Assembly: GCA_965263355.1 (NCBI GenBank)
Contig: CBDHHL010000056.1
Span: 1,792,001 to 1,856,000, forward strand
Reading direction: 5' to 3'
From: Leptolyngbyaceae cyanobacterium
GTDB lineage: Bacteria > Cyanobacteriota > Cyanobacteriia > Phormidesmidales > Phormidesmidaceae
DNA length: 64,000 nucleotides
Within the stretch, counting starts at the first letter, position 1, and each line of letters begins with the position of its first letter. Below the pieces are notes generated by a model. That model was not told the DNA's origin, searched no databases, and was given only the letters and a program-made list of their open reading frames with translations. Below, one piece after another: positions 54,395 to 64,000 of this stretch. The position numbers and the translations under genes are program-made.

Positions 54395-55025
54395 CAATAC
54401 CTAAAATTGAATATCCTGTCTGCACTAGGGTAGAGTTGGCTGTATTGTAAGTAGTACCCGTAGTGTAGATATCGTCAATGAGCAAAATGGGTTTCGACTT
54501 GTAGGAGCTGCGAGTGAGTTCTTGACCTATCTGAAACGCCCCTGTCAGATTAGCTTGTCTTTCTTTATTTCCCAATCGATGCATAGCATCAGTGGCCTTA
54601 ATACGTACCAGACCACGGGCTAATAAAGGTAGTCTTGTGACCCGGCAAAATCCCTTAGCAATCAGAGCGGCTTGGTTGTAACCTCTTTCCTCAAGACGCT
54701 GCTGGTGCAGCGGAATAGGGACAACAACTGGTTGGTAACTCGTTTTATGCAGCCCTCTAATGCGCCAATGTTGGCCTAGCTGATAGCCTAACCAAATCCC
54801 CAGTTCAGCTTGGTTTCCATACTTCAATAGGGTTAATGACTGTTTTAGAGCACCAGAATATTTTCCCCAAGAGAAAACTGGTAAGGTAGAATCTTGCCAC
54901 TGACACACCATGATCTGTCGATAGCAGCCATTACACAATACTGGTGCTGCTGGACGCTGGCATAATGGGCAAGCAGCCGCCAGAAAAATCTGGGTTAGTG
55001 GGCGTAAAATACTAGTTAATGACAT
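54300..55025 (-). CDS. comF: ComF family (zinc ribbon plus phosphoribosyltransferase)
   Basis: CPLC..C..C, LKY, VPIPLH..R..ERGYNQA, LLIDDIYTTGTT. Confidence 0.92.
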   Translation of the reverse strand: MSLTSILRPLTQIFLAAACPLCQRPAAPVLCNGCYRQIMVCQWQDSTLPVFSWGKYSGALKQSLTLLKYGNQAELGIWLGYQLGQHWRIRGLHKTSYQPVVVPIPLHQQRLEERGYNQAALIAKGFCRVTRLPLLARGLVRIKATDAMHRLGNKERQANLTGAFQIGQELTRSSYKSKPILLIDDIYTTGTTYNTANSTLVQTGYSILGIATVARAVLSSPLDDLSTPCHVHQTLNLHPSL

Positions 55026-55089
55026 AGAGCAGATGATAGATGCCCCTAGGATGCCCCTAGATTTAATTTCTGCTTATTCAAGCTAATAA

Positions 55090-55248
55090 CTACTTCTTCT
55101 TATTGACCTTGACATTGGTGACACGGCCATCTGGGTAGACCAAGGACATTGTATTGTCTTGGTCTTGCTGTGCTTCGGAGGAAGATTTGCCATGGCCATG
55201 ATTTTGATTGTTATTGTCTAAGCCACAGGCGTTCTTATTGGTGTTCAT
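55090..55248 (-). CDS. Candidate 52 aa small protein, absent from the ORF track
   Basis: ATG..TAG: MNTNKNACGLDNNNQNHGHGKSSSEAQQDQDNTMSLVYPDGRVTNVKVNKKK. Confidence 0.4.
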   Translation of the reverse strand: MNTNKNACGLDNNNQNHGHGKSSSEAQQDQDNTMSLVYPDGRVTNVKVNKKK

Positions 55249-55664
55249 ATTGTTTACTGCAGGGATGTATGTGTATGTGTTTAATTTTTCATCAACTTAA
55301 ACCTGTCCTGTCAGGGTGAAACCATGGATTTTGGATACTTGATTTAGGAAAATAAAATAAAGCCTGTAAAGTCCTTTAAGGAAAGGCTTTCAGCTCAAAT
55401 CCATAACACTTGATGTAATCGTAACGGTTAATTGTAAAGCTTAGAAAGCTTGAGTTTTTAAGCTTGTCCAAAGATTGAACGTCTTTAACTCACAACAACT
55501 TTAAGAAGCGATATGAGCATCAGCCAGTAGCCTGATTAATCTACGCAAATTGTCATAACGTTCCCAGGTGTTGAGTTTCAGAAATCTCCCCTTGGGTCGG
55601 GGTAGATATCACGTACAATCACACTGTTTGATCTAGCGCAGTACAGTTCAGAGAGGATAGACCC

Positions 55665-57014
55665 TTGAAAACACGAGTGATTGTGGTTCGGCACGGTGAA
55701 AGTACATTTAATGTGAAACGGATTATTCAAGGGCACCATGATGAGTCGCTACTTACAAAAACTGGAGAGGCTCAAGCAAGACAGGTAGGTGATTTTTTGA
55801 AAGGTATCGCCATTGATACCATTTATTGCAGCCCCCTCCAACGAGCTGCCCGAACAGCTGCGTTAATTACTGAAACGTTAGAGCAGGGGCATGAACCAAA
55901 ATCCACTAATTTATTGAAAGAAATCAGTCTTCCTCTTTGGGAAGCAATGTCATTTGCTGATGTCGAAGCTCAGTACCCGGAAGACTATCGAGCTTGGCGT
56001 CACGATCCTAATGAGCTTAAAATGGCAGTCCCCTCGGCTGACGGGACAATTCAAGATTTCTATCCAGTGCGAGCCATATGGCAACAAGCATCCGCTTTTT
56101 GGCAAGGTTTATTAGAGCAGCATCAGGGCCAAACTGTTTTATTGGTTGCCCACAGTGCGATTAACCGGGCCTTGGTGGGGACAGCCATTGGACTTGGGCC
56201 AGAAGCACTTAATCGGATGTATCAGACCAACTGTGGCATCAGCGTCCTCAATTTTCCAGGAGCCTGGGAACAGCATGCTCAGCTAGAGTTAATGAACTCT
56301 ACAAGTCATATGGGGAGCCCATTGCCAAAACTGCGCACAGGATTTAAGGGACCACGTCTCTTGCTAGTGCGCCATGGAGAAACTGAATGGAATCGGGAGT
56401 CACGGTTCCAGGGACAGATTGATATTCCTCTGAATGACAATGGTCGTGCCCAGGCTGCTCAGGCTAGGGAATTTCTAAAAGTGATTCCCATTGACGGTGC
56501 TGTTTCTAGTTCCATGATGCGTCCCAAGGAGACAGCGGAGATTATTTTAGAACAGCATCCTGAGGTGTCATTATCAGTGACAGAAGGTCTTTGGGAAATT
56601 AGCCATGGTCAGTGGGAAGGTAAATTTGAACATGAGATTGAAGCAGATTTTCCTGGCATGTTAAACGCTTGGCAAACTAAGCCTGAAACGGTTCAAATGC
56701 CGGATGGTGAAAATTTACAGGATGTTTGGGACCGAGCGGTTAAGGCATGGAATGAGATTGTTGTTCAGTATAGTCATCCGGAAACACCTAAAACCGTATT
56801 GGTGGTAGCTCACGATGCCATCAATAAATCTATTCTGTGCCATGTGACTGGATTGGGGCCAGAAGCGTTCTGGCAGTTTAAGCAGGGAAATGGAGCTGTT
56901 AGTATCATTGACTATCCAGATGGTGTGGATAGTGAACCGATGTTGAGTGCTGCCAATATTACCGTGCACTTGTCAGGCAGCCTATTTGATACGACGGCAG
57001 CGGGAGCGCTTTAA
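55665..57014 (+). CDS. Two-domain histidine phosphatase (phosphoglycerate mutase / phosphoserine phosphatase family)
   Basis: Two RHGE motifs and two VAH motifs. Confidence 0.93.
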   Translation: MKTRVIVVRHGESTFNVKRIIQGHHDESLLTKTGEAQARQVGDFLKGIAIDTIYCSPLQRAARTAALITETLEQGHEPKSTNLLKEISLPLWEAMSFADVEAQYPEDYRAWRHDPNELKMAVPSADGTIQDFYPVRAIWQQASAFWQGLLEQHQGQTVLLVAHSAINRALVGTAIGLGPEALNRMYQTNCGISVLNFPGAWEQHAQLELMNSTSHMGSPLPKLRTGFKGPRLLLVRHGETEWNRESRFQGQIDIPLNDNGRAQAAQAREFLKVIPIDGAVSSSMMRPKETAEIILEQHPEVSLSVTEGLWEISHGQWEGKFEHEIEADFPGMLNAWQTKPETVQMPDGENLQDVWDRAVKAWNEIVVQYSHPETPKTVLVVAHDAINKSILCHVTGLGPEAFWQFKQGNGAVSIIDYPDGVDSEPMLSAANITVHLSGSLFDTTAAGAL

Positions 57015-57037
57015 CGGTTGAGTAAACCGGAGGACAT

Positions 57038-58303
57038 ATGAATAGCTGGATACGACAGGTACGTATTTTGGACCCACTGACTCAGCGGGACCAGATTGGA
57101 GACGTGTTGATACGGAATGGCATCATTCAATCGATTGAGAACTCCCTTGATGTGCCTGGCGATGACGTTACAGAATTAGACGGCCAGGGCTGTGTTTTAG
57201 CACCAGGGCTAGTTGATTTGTATAGTCAAACGGGAGAACCTGGGTATGAGTCGCGGGAAACTCTGGATCAGCTATTGGCTGCTGCTGCCCAGGGCGGGTT
57301 TACACGGATTGGGATTTTACCGAATACAACCCCAGCTGTGGATAATCTGGCCCAAGTCGTGCAACGTTTAGCGCGCAACAAGATAGTAGACCAGCCAAAG
57401 GTAGTACCTTGGGGTGCTATTACCCAAGGTACTCAGGGAGAAAAGCTCACAGATCTGATGGAGTTGGGGGCAACTGGGATAGTGGGGTGGTGTGATGGTA
57501 AACCTTTGGCTAATAGTCTAATGGTGCAGCGTTTGTTGGAGTATACGCAATCTTTGTCGTTACCGTTAGCCCTATGGCCCTGCGACCAAAACCAACCTGG
57601 TACTTGTCGGGAAGGAGCTGATGCTATTCGTCTGGGGTTATCGCCATTACCTATCACAGCGGAAACAACCCCTTTAACAGTCCTGCTGGAGGAAATTGCT
57701 ACTAGCCTACGACCGGTCCACTTAATGCGTATTTCTACGGCCCGCAGTGTCGATCTGATTCGTTGGGCTAAGGCTCGTAGGCTACCGATTACCGCTAGTG
57801 TAACCTGGTTACATCTGTTGTTTAGTACAGCTGATTTAAATAGCTATGCGCCTAGTTTGCGGTTAGCTCCTCCCCTAGGCACCCCTGACGATCGGGAGGC
57901 TCTGATCGCCGGGTTAGAGGATGGCACATTAGATGCGATCGCAGTTGACCACTGTGTTCACACCTATGAAGAAAAAGCCGTCCCCTTTGGCATTACTCCA
58001 CCGGGAGCAGCGGGTCTCCAGTTGGCCTTACCCATTCTTTGGCAGATGTTTGTCACCACCCAACGATGGCACCCACTGCAACTTTGGACGTATCTAAGCT
58101 TGCAACCGGCCCAATGTCTAGGCATTGAACCAGCAACAGTCCAGTTGAATACGGCGGCCAATCTAGTGTTCTTTGATCCAAATGCTGTTTGGAAAGTTAC
58201 CACAGCTAGCTTAGGGTGCGATGTGATCAATACACCTTATGGTCATCAAACCATTCAGGGAAAGGCCAAACATATCTGGGTACCTGCGATTATCAATGGA
58301 TAG
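57038..58303 (+). CDS. pyrC: Dihydroorotase-like protein (PyrC' type, metal ligands altered)
   Basis: PGLVD..GEPG.E.RET...AA..GGFT..PNT.P, PPL, DAIAVDH. Confidence 0.85.
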   Translation: MNSWIRQVRILDPLTQRDQIGDVLIRNGIIQSIENSLDVPGDDVTELDGQGCVLAPGLVDLYSQTGEPGYESRETLDQLLAAAAQGGFTRIGILPNTTPAVDNLAQVVQRLARNKIVDQPKVVPWGAITQGTQGEKLTDLMELGATGIVGWCDGKPLANSLMVQRLLEYTQSLSLPLALWPCDQNQPGTCREGADAIRLGLSPLPITAETTPLTVLLEEIATSLRPVHLMRISTARSVDLIRWAKARRLPITASVTWLHLLFSTADLNSYAPSLRLAPPLGTPDDREALIAGLEDGTLDAIAVDHCVHTYEEKAVPFGITPPGAAGLQLALPILWQMFVTTQRWHPLQLWTYLSLQPAQCLGIEPATVQLNTAANLVFFDPNAVWKVTTASLGCDVINTPYGHQTIQGKAKHIWVPAIING

Positions 58304-58308
58304 TTGCT

Positions 58309-58920
58309 TTAGTCTCGCTTGAGTAAGCCAACTCGCCTAGGAGGCCAAAATCGCACTACAGCTTTGCCAATGATCTGATCTTCTGGCAAAAATGGTCGGC
58401 TCCAGGCATGGCTATCAACGCTATTGTTACGATTGTCACCAAAGACGATATAGCTATCAGCAGGGACAGTTTCAGGCCCCCATTGATAATTAGGAGGAGC
58501 CTTAATGTAGCGCTCATCTATGGGTTCGTTATTAATCAAAACCTGGCCGTCAAGCACTTCTACCTGATCCCCTGGCAACCCAACGACTCGCTTAATAAAT
58601 GCATTACGCGGCTGACCTGGAGGGATTAATTCTTCAGGGGGCCAAAAAACGACAATATCGCCTCGTTCTGGTGAGTTTAATCGATAGCTAATTTTTTCAA
58701 CCACCAAGCGATCATTGACCTGCAACGTAGGTTCCATTGAGCCGGTCGGAATGTAACGAGCTTCGGCTACAAACTGACGAATTCCAAGGGCTAAAACCAC
58801 ACTGAGACCAATTGTTTGGAGGCTCTCAACCCAAATATTTGTGCCTTGATTTTTTTGATTAACCACATTCACTGGCCCCGGCAGGGACACCCTAGTACCT
58901 CTGAGGTAAATCATAATCAA
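58309..58920 (-). CDS. lepB: Signal peptidase I (paralog 2)
   Basis: EARYIPTGSMEPTL, FIKRVVGLPGD, GDNRNNSVDSH; start could be GTG 58866. Confidence 0.95.
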   Translation of the reverse strand: MIMIYLRGTRVSLPGPVNVVNQKNQGTNIWVESLQTIGLSVVLALGIRQFVAEARYIPTGSMEPTLQVNDRLVVEKISYRLNSPERGDIVVFWPPEELIPPGQPRNAFIKRVVGLPGDQVEVLDGQVLINNEPIDERYIKAPPNYQWGPETVPADSYIVFGDNRNNSVDSHAWSRPFLPEDQIIGKAVVRFWPPRRVGLLKRD

Positions 58921-58921
58921 T

Positions 58922-59470
58922 TTAATCTAAACCACCAAGACGCGTAAGAGGCCAAAATCGCACAACGGCTTTACCTATAATCTGATCCTCGGGCACAAAA
59001 GGTTGGGCGATATCCCAAGCATGGCTGTCATAACTCTGATTACGATTATCCCCAAGCACAAAATAGCTATTGTCTGGAATAATCAATGGCTCCTGCTCAT
59101 AGGTCGGGGGAGATTGAATATAGCTTTCATCCAGGGCGTCACCGTTGACTAAAACAGTGCCGTCAGCCACCTCCACCGTATCGCCCGGCAAACCAACAAT
59201 CCGTTTAATAAAAGCATCCCGCTTTTGACCTGCAGGGACAATTTCGGATGGTGGCCAGAAAACTACGATATCGCCTCGCTGAGGTGCTTGAAACCGATAG
59301 CTCATCTTTTCAATGACAAGTCGATCATTGACTAGCAAGGTGGGCTTCATGGACTCCGATGGGATGTAACGGGCTTCAGCCACAAATTGTCGAATACCTA
59401 AAGCAAGGGCAATACTTAGGCCAATGGTTTGAAGTCCTTCAATCCAAGGGTTTTGTTGTTTTTGAGACAC
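58922..59470 (-). CDS. lepB: Signal peptidase I (paralog 1)
   Basis: EARYIPSESMKPTL, FIKRIVGLPGD, GDNRNQSYDSH. Confidence 0.95.
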   Translation of the reverse strand: MSQKQQNPWIEGLQTIGLSIALALGIRQFVAEARYIPSESMKPTLLVNDRLVIEKMSYRFQAPQRGDIVVFWPPSEIVPAGQKRDAFIKRIVGLPGDTVEVADGTVLVNGDALDESYIQSPPTYEQEPLIIPDNSYFVLGDNRNQSYDSHAWDIAQPFVPEDQIIGKAVVRFWPLTRLGGLD

Positions 59471-59640
59471 AGCTGACGACTAGAAACGTTGGGATTGTCT
59501 TAACACAAGCGTAGTGTGGGCAAGCACTATTAACTGTTAGTTTAGATTAGCTATCAAATGGAGCCACCTCTCTTTAGCCAGATAACCATGGTGGATCATA
59601 ATAAACTTGGGGTCAAAATGACCAGGTTATGAACGTTTCC

Positions 59641-60318
59641 TCACGACAGGATAGGGGCCTTTATCTTGGTTTGATTTGTTCGCTTGATCAATATGCCCCG
59701 CAAGCCAGCACCTTTGGCACCTTTGATGTCGTCTTTGTGGCTATCACCTACATGCCAGGCATCTTGAGCCATGCAGCCATGCTTTTGTAACGCAGTCTTG
59801 AAAATTAGCGGATCAGGTTTAGCAGCTCCTGCCTCTGCAGAGATAGTAATTGTTTGAAAATATTGCCGTAGATTGAGTGCATCAAGCACCGCATATATCC
59901 GGGAATCAAAATTGGAAATGATACCCAGGGAGATATCCATGTGCTGCCAGCGCTTTAAGGAGCTGATTGTGTCTTGATACACCACCCAAGGTTCAGCGGT
60001 GGCAAAGTGCTGATATACACCCTCAAAAAAACTTTCAAAATCAGAAAATTGATCCAGGATACTTGCCCTTTGAAAGGTATTTTTTGCGATCTCTAACCAC
60101 CATAGATATTCCCGATGGGGAATATCTATGGCAGGTATATCAGGAAATGCCATGGGAGTAGATAGGGCAAAGCTACGATAGAATGCCCTGTCCAGTTCCT
60201 CAGCTGAAGCCTTTACTCCTGACTGCTGAGCCAGGGTTTGGTAGACTTCACCAACGCTACCCTTGACTCCAAAGAGGGTACCAACGGCGTCGAGAAAGAT
60301 GACTTTAGGTTTGGCCAT
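59641..60318 (-). CDS. HAD-IA hydrolase
   Basis: FLDAVGTL, ISNFD, KPDP.IF, HVGDS..DD. Confidence 0.93.
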   Translation of the reverse strand: MAKPKVIFLDAVGTLFGVKGSVGEVYQTLAQQSGVKASAEELDRAFYRSFALSTPMAFPDIPAIDIPHREYLWWLEIAKNTFQRASILDQFSDFESFFEGVYQHFATAEPWVVYQDTISSLKRWQHMDISLGIISNFDSRIYAVLDALNLRQYFQTITISAEAGAAKPDPLIFKTALQKHGCMAQDAWHVGDSHKDDIKGAKGAGLRGILIKRTNQTKIKAPILS

Positions 60319-60417
60319 GGCAGCAAAGCAATGATAAAAAGGGCAGCAAGAAGGTAAACATCCTCCTAAACGACTGGAGGATAAAACCCACCCAAATCTA
60401 AGTTGATAGCAGATAAT

Positions 60418-61614
60418 TTAAGACACCGACAAAAGTTCTTGCAACGGTTGACTAATCCAATTCAATCCCACCCTTAGCTGATGTTCAAAGGTGGGCATGC
60501 GATACAGATAGGTTAAACGACGTACAATATAAGCAGCAGAGCCATCCAACTGAAGACCCAAGCCAGTGAGCGTTGCGCTGTCACTCCCCAGGGTCATCAT
60601 TTCCCCCAGATGTTGGTACCTAAAGGGTAGGATAGGCCGTCCTGTCAGGGTAGCCCAAATATTCCAAGCAGTATAGTCAGCCTGCTGTAAAGCCGCTTGG
60701 GCTGTGTTGGGGACTGTGTGCCCATCAGCGTCTTTGCCATCAGCCAAGTCTCCTAGGGCAAAGATATGATTCTGGTTCGATAGCTGAAGAGTAGGCTGAA
60801 TTTTCAACTGCTGGCGTTCATTTTTTTCAAAGGGAAGGCTGGCAACTAGGGGGTTAACCCGATTACCTACGGTCCAAAGCACCAAATCCACGGGCAAAAC
60901 GTCAATCTGATCTTTGTATTTCAGAGATATGGTGTCTACACCTACTTCAGTGACGCTAGTTTCGTAATCGATCCAGATACCCTTGTCAGTAATGGCATCC
61001 TGGGCAGCGTTTTGATTAAAGTCTGGGGAATTGGCCAAAATAGCTGTGCTACGTTCAACAATCCGTAATCGCCCTCTTTCGCCCAAGCGTTCCGCTAGTT
61101 TGCAAACTAACTCCACACCACTGTAGCCACCACCAACGACGGCAACCCGAATTTTATCGGCATTCGAGCTTTCTAACTCACGCAGACGCTCTTTTAGGGC
61201 ATAGACATCGTCAAGGGTACGGAAGGCGATCGCATGTTCCTTGACGCCCGGTGCCATATCCATCGGCGTTTCCCCCCCCAGGGCGAGCACTAAATAGTCG
61301 TAAGGTAGTACAGCATCATCCTGTAAACAGACCGAACTAGCCTCCGCATCAATACCAGCTACCCCACTCCGATGAAACTTAATACCAGTCCCCGCCAGCA
61401 GTTCTGCATAAGGAGGGGCAATTTCCCAGGTCTGCAGCTCATCGGTTACAAGTTCGTATAATAGGGGCGCAAACAAAAAGCGATCGCGCTGGTCAACCAA
61501 AGTAATTTCTGGTTTTGTCGCTTTATCCCATGGCAATTTACTTAGGGCTAAGGCCGTATAGAGACCGCCAAAGCCACCGCCTAAAATCACAACACGCTGG
61601 TTTGATACTGCCAT
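60418..61614 (-). CDS. ndbB: Type II NAD(P)H dehydrogenase, NdbB-like
   Basis: ILGGGFGGLYTAL..LPW, DRFLF.PLLYEL..E.QTWEIAP, VGGGYSGVEL, FALGD, TAQAA.QQA. Confidence 0.85.
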   Translation of the reverse strand: MAVSNQRVVILGGGFGGLYTALALSKLPWDKATKPEITLVDQRDRFLFAPLLYELVTDELQTWEIAPPYAELLAGTGIKFHRSGVAGIDAEASSVCLQDDAVLPYDYLVLALGGETPMDMAPGVKEHAIAFRTLDDVYALKERLRELESSNADKIRVAVVGGGYSGVELVCKLAERLGERGRLRIVERSTAILANSPDFNQNAAQDAITDKGIWIDYETSVTEVGVDTISLKYKDQIDVLPVDLVLWTVGNRVNPLVASLPFEKNERQQLKIQPTLQLSNQNHIFALGDLADGKDADGHTVPNTAQAALQQADYTAWNIWATLTGRPILPFRYQHLGEMMTLGSDSATLTGLGLQLDGSAAYIVRRLTYLYRMPTFEHQLRVGLNWISQPLQELLSVS

Positions 61615-61694
61615 TGAGCTATCGCTAATAAATGTGGGTTATCGATTATTAGGATAACGCGGGGCACAAGTAGCCCTCCCTATATTTTTCTCGC

Positions 61695-62903
61695 TTATCT
61701 TTCCAAAGCTTCCGCCCGATAACCACTGCGCTGCATTGGTGTCGCAAATAGATTGCGAAAACTAGCCTGACGAGTATCAGCAGGTTCAGGAGCATCTTCC
61801 CAAAGACTTTCATAAAAGAAGAAAGCCATGCCTATACCCGCAGAGCGAGCAGACTGCACCTTAGCTTCAATCAGGCTAATGGGAACAGGAGAGTTACGTA
61901 GACCAGTGAGAATACCAGCCGCCGTAGGAATCATACCTTGAGCCTCACGTATGGATGAAGTATGAAGCTGTTGTCGAAACACCCCTAGATTGTCGCGATA
62001 AATTTGAACGATGAGTTCATCTACCCACCCTTGACGAACCCAAGTAAGCCAATCCTGTAGCTGAGCCTTATAGGCAAAATCATAAGGGTTAGGTGCAACC
62101 GAGAAAACGAGATTACGTCGTCGAGCCTTAAGAGCTGCATTGAGAGTTTTGACAAATACCGTTAGCTTATCTGCCCGCCACTTAACCCAGTGCGGATTGT
62201 GTGGGTCGCTAGGTACGTCCCTACCCGTTTCTTGCTTATATAGGGCACGGGTATAGCTATCATAACCAAACTCCACCGGTAGAATTAAATGATCATCAAA
62301 CTGAACGCCATCGACATCGTAACGGCTGATCAGTTCTAACAACATATTGGTAATAAACTGCTGCACTTCCGGCTTGAATGGATTCAGCCAGACCATATCA
62401 CCACCATCTCGACGCATATCGATCCGACTACCATCTCGTTTTTGGGTCAGCCAACTGCTATGTAGCGTAGCTAATTCAGAGGTAGCGGGTGCCATAAACC
62501 CAAATTCAAACCAAGGAATAACTGACATCCCTTGAGCATGGGCCTCAGCAGTTAGCTCTGCCAGAATGTCGTAGTCTTGTATGCCACGGCGGACAAAGTG
62601 CTGAATGCCAGTCTGTCGAGCTATACCACTATCAAAAAAAGCATATCCCCCATTCCAAACCACGGGATATAGAGTGTTGAAATTGAGTTCAGCCAACTCA
62701 TCAATTGCCCTATGCAGCTTTGGCTGGTCTATCAATACATCTGTATCGTTAGTAGTCAACCAAACCCCGCGAATTTCTTGAGTAACAGCAGGGCGAACCA
62801 TAGCCGCTACTGGAATAAATGAATGTAGAATAACGGCGGCGATCAAAGATAGCCCGAACAATAAAATCGATAGTGGTTTCCAGCGCCAGGTACGTGAGGT
62901 CAT
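61695..62903 (-). CDS. Glycosyl hydrolase-like 10 (GHL10/YddW) family protein
   Basis: EIRGVWLT, FNTLYPVVW, PWFE, WLNP..PEVQ, YDVDGVQFDDH, QDW..W. Confidence 0.9.
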   Translation of the reverse strand: MTSRTWRWKPLSILLFGLSLIAAVILHSFIPVAAMVRPAVTQEIRGVWLTTNDTDVLIDQPKLHRAIDELAELNFNTLYPVVWNGGYAFFDSGIARQTGIQHFVRRGIQDYDILAELTAEAHAQGMSVIPWFEFGFMAPATSELATLHSSWLTQKRDGSRIDMRRDGGDMVWLNPFKPEVQQFITNMLLELISRYDVDGVQFDDHLILPVEFGYDSYTRALYKQETGRDVPSDPHNPHWVKWRADKLTVFVKTLNAALKARRRNLVFSVAPNPYDFAYKAQLQDWLTWVRQGWVDELIVQIYRDNLGVFRQQLHTSSIREAQGMIPTAAGILTGLRNSPVPISLIEAKVQSARSAGIGMAFFFYESLWEDAPEPADTRQASFRNLFATPMQRSGYRAEALER

Positions 62904-63267
62904 AGTGATTACAGGCAGTGTCCAAAGAGTATGTCTCTTGACTACGTCACAAGGTGTTTACACAATATAGATATAGCCGACGTACATTGAGTTATTCAGG
63001 GATTTGCAGCCGGTTTCAGAATGGGTAATGCTGTGACAGCAGGATATTTATGATTGCTAAATTCTTGGAGTTGCATTAAGAAAAAGGAACTCTTTGTTAA
63101 GCAATATTACGACACCAAGGCTCCCCCTTGGAAGTCAGGATTCAAGACAGCAGCCGTTCCTGTTTTGCCACAGGGGGATAGTGCACTAATAATGACCAGT
63201 TCTATCGCTCAAGTCTGACTGCTACATCCACGGTCAGCCTGTTTTTTCAACTAACGAGTTCTAAACT

Positions 63268-64000
63268 ATGTTTACTTCAGCTTGGTCCGGTCGCCACGCT
63301 GGTAAAGACGTTCTTCGCCAGCAAGTTTGGTCCACCCTCAAAACCTATGACGTTACTCATTGCGATCCAGTGGGCCATATCCCCAATTTGATTGGCGCTG
63401 ATCTTGCTGCTGAGCGCTTAGCAGAAACCGCTTTATGGCAACAGGTTCAGGTTGTAAAGTGTAATCCTGACTCGCCTCATGCAGCAGTTAGGCTAAGGGC
63501 TTTAGCCGATGGCAAAACCCTCTACATGGCCGTGCCCCAGCTATCTCGCCCAAAGTGTTTTGTTGAATTAACGGCAACTGCCCTGGAGGCAAAAGGAGTG
63601 TCGCTCAAAATGGCGGCATCAATGGATGGAGCCATGGCTCATGGTCAACTCGTAACGTTTAACGAGATGCAAGCCATTGATCTCGTAGTGGTAGGCTGTG
63701 TGGCTGTGGCCCTGAATGGTGGACGGACGGGAAAAGGGGCGGGTTTTGCTGATTTAGAGTTAGCAATGTTGCGGGAATGTAATCTTATTTTAGAAAACAC
63801 CCCGATTGTGACCACAGTCCACGATTTACAGGTCGTTGATGCGATGGAACTGCCCATGCAGGCCCATGACTGGGGGCTGGATTTGATTGTTACGCCTACC
63901 CAATGTTTGGTAACTGATAATCATCATCCTAAGCCTAATGGCCTGGATTGGGATACCATTCAACCGGATCAAATAGCCAATATTCCGATTCTTGAAGCTT
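63268..64000 (+). CDS. 5-formyltetrahydrofolate cyclo-ligase family protein (3' partial; absent from the ORF track)
   Basis: Open from ATG 63268: KDVLRQQVW..GHIPNLIGA..KCNPDSP..GKTLYMAVP..DLVVVGCVAV..GRTGKGAGFADLE..TTVHDLQ..HDW. Confidence 0.92.
   Translation, partial: MFTSAWSGRHAGKDVLRQQVWSTLKTYDVTHCDPVGHIPNLIGADLAAERLAETALWQQVQVVKCNPDSPHAAVRLRALADGKTLYMAVPQLSRPKCFVELTATALEAKGVSLKMAASMDGAMAHGQLVTFNEMQAIDLVVVGCVAVALNGGRTGKGAGFADLELAMLRECNLILENTPIVTTVHDLQVVDAMELPMQAHDWGLDLIVTPTQCLVTDNHHPKPNGLDWDTIQPDQIANIPILEA

Noticed and set aside
55364..55393. Imperfect palindrome CTGTAAAGTCCTTT..AAAGGCTTTCAG as a recombinase site
   Set aside because: Needs two gaps; no recombinase or partner site nearby
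63121..63240. SRP RNA-like GTCAGG...AGCAGCC, or a cobalamin/folate riboswitch
   Set aside because: The 9 nt between the motifs gives no GNRA-capped stem, and riboswitch core motifs are missing

Overview
Chromosomal window from a cyanobacterium (phycobilisome linker, ycf51/ycf55/ycf65, more than 20 HIP1 octamers GCGATCGC by eye; an HpsE-like glycosyltransferase suggests a filamentous strain, which is inference). It is mostly housekeeping: hisIE, groESL with CIRCE and K-box, atpD-atpC, ffh, prfC, a cysteine desulfurase, tatA, purB, two tandem lepB, ndbB. Accessory material: a decayed island at tRNA-Arg(UCU) (integrase tail with phased repeats, HTH-PIN toxin-antitoxin pair, IS1634 relic), a solo NurA nuclease, an orphan DNA methyltransferase, a short TpsA-like gene between groES and atpD, and relics of Uma2, ParE and NACHT genes. 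The most notable unannotated signals are (1) four copies of a 68-69 bp TA-flanked hairpin element (MITE-like), one supplying the last base of the purB stop codon, and (2) local G/T strand-skew tracts centred on REP-like palindromes, one independent of gene orientation and one ending at a HIP1 site. No CRISPR array, rRNA or confident riboswitch was seen. All calls are by eye and motif recall; no searches were run.
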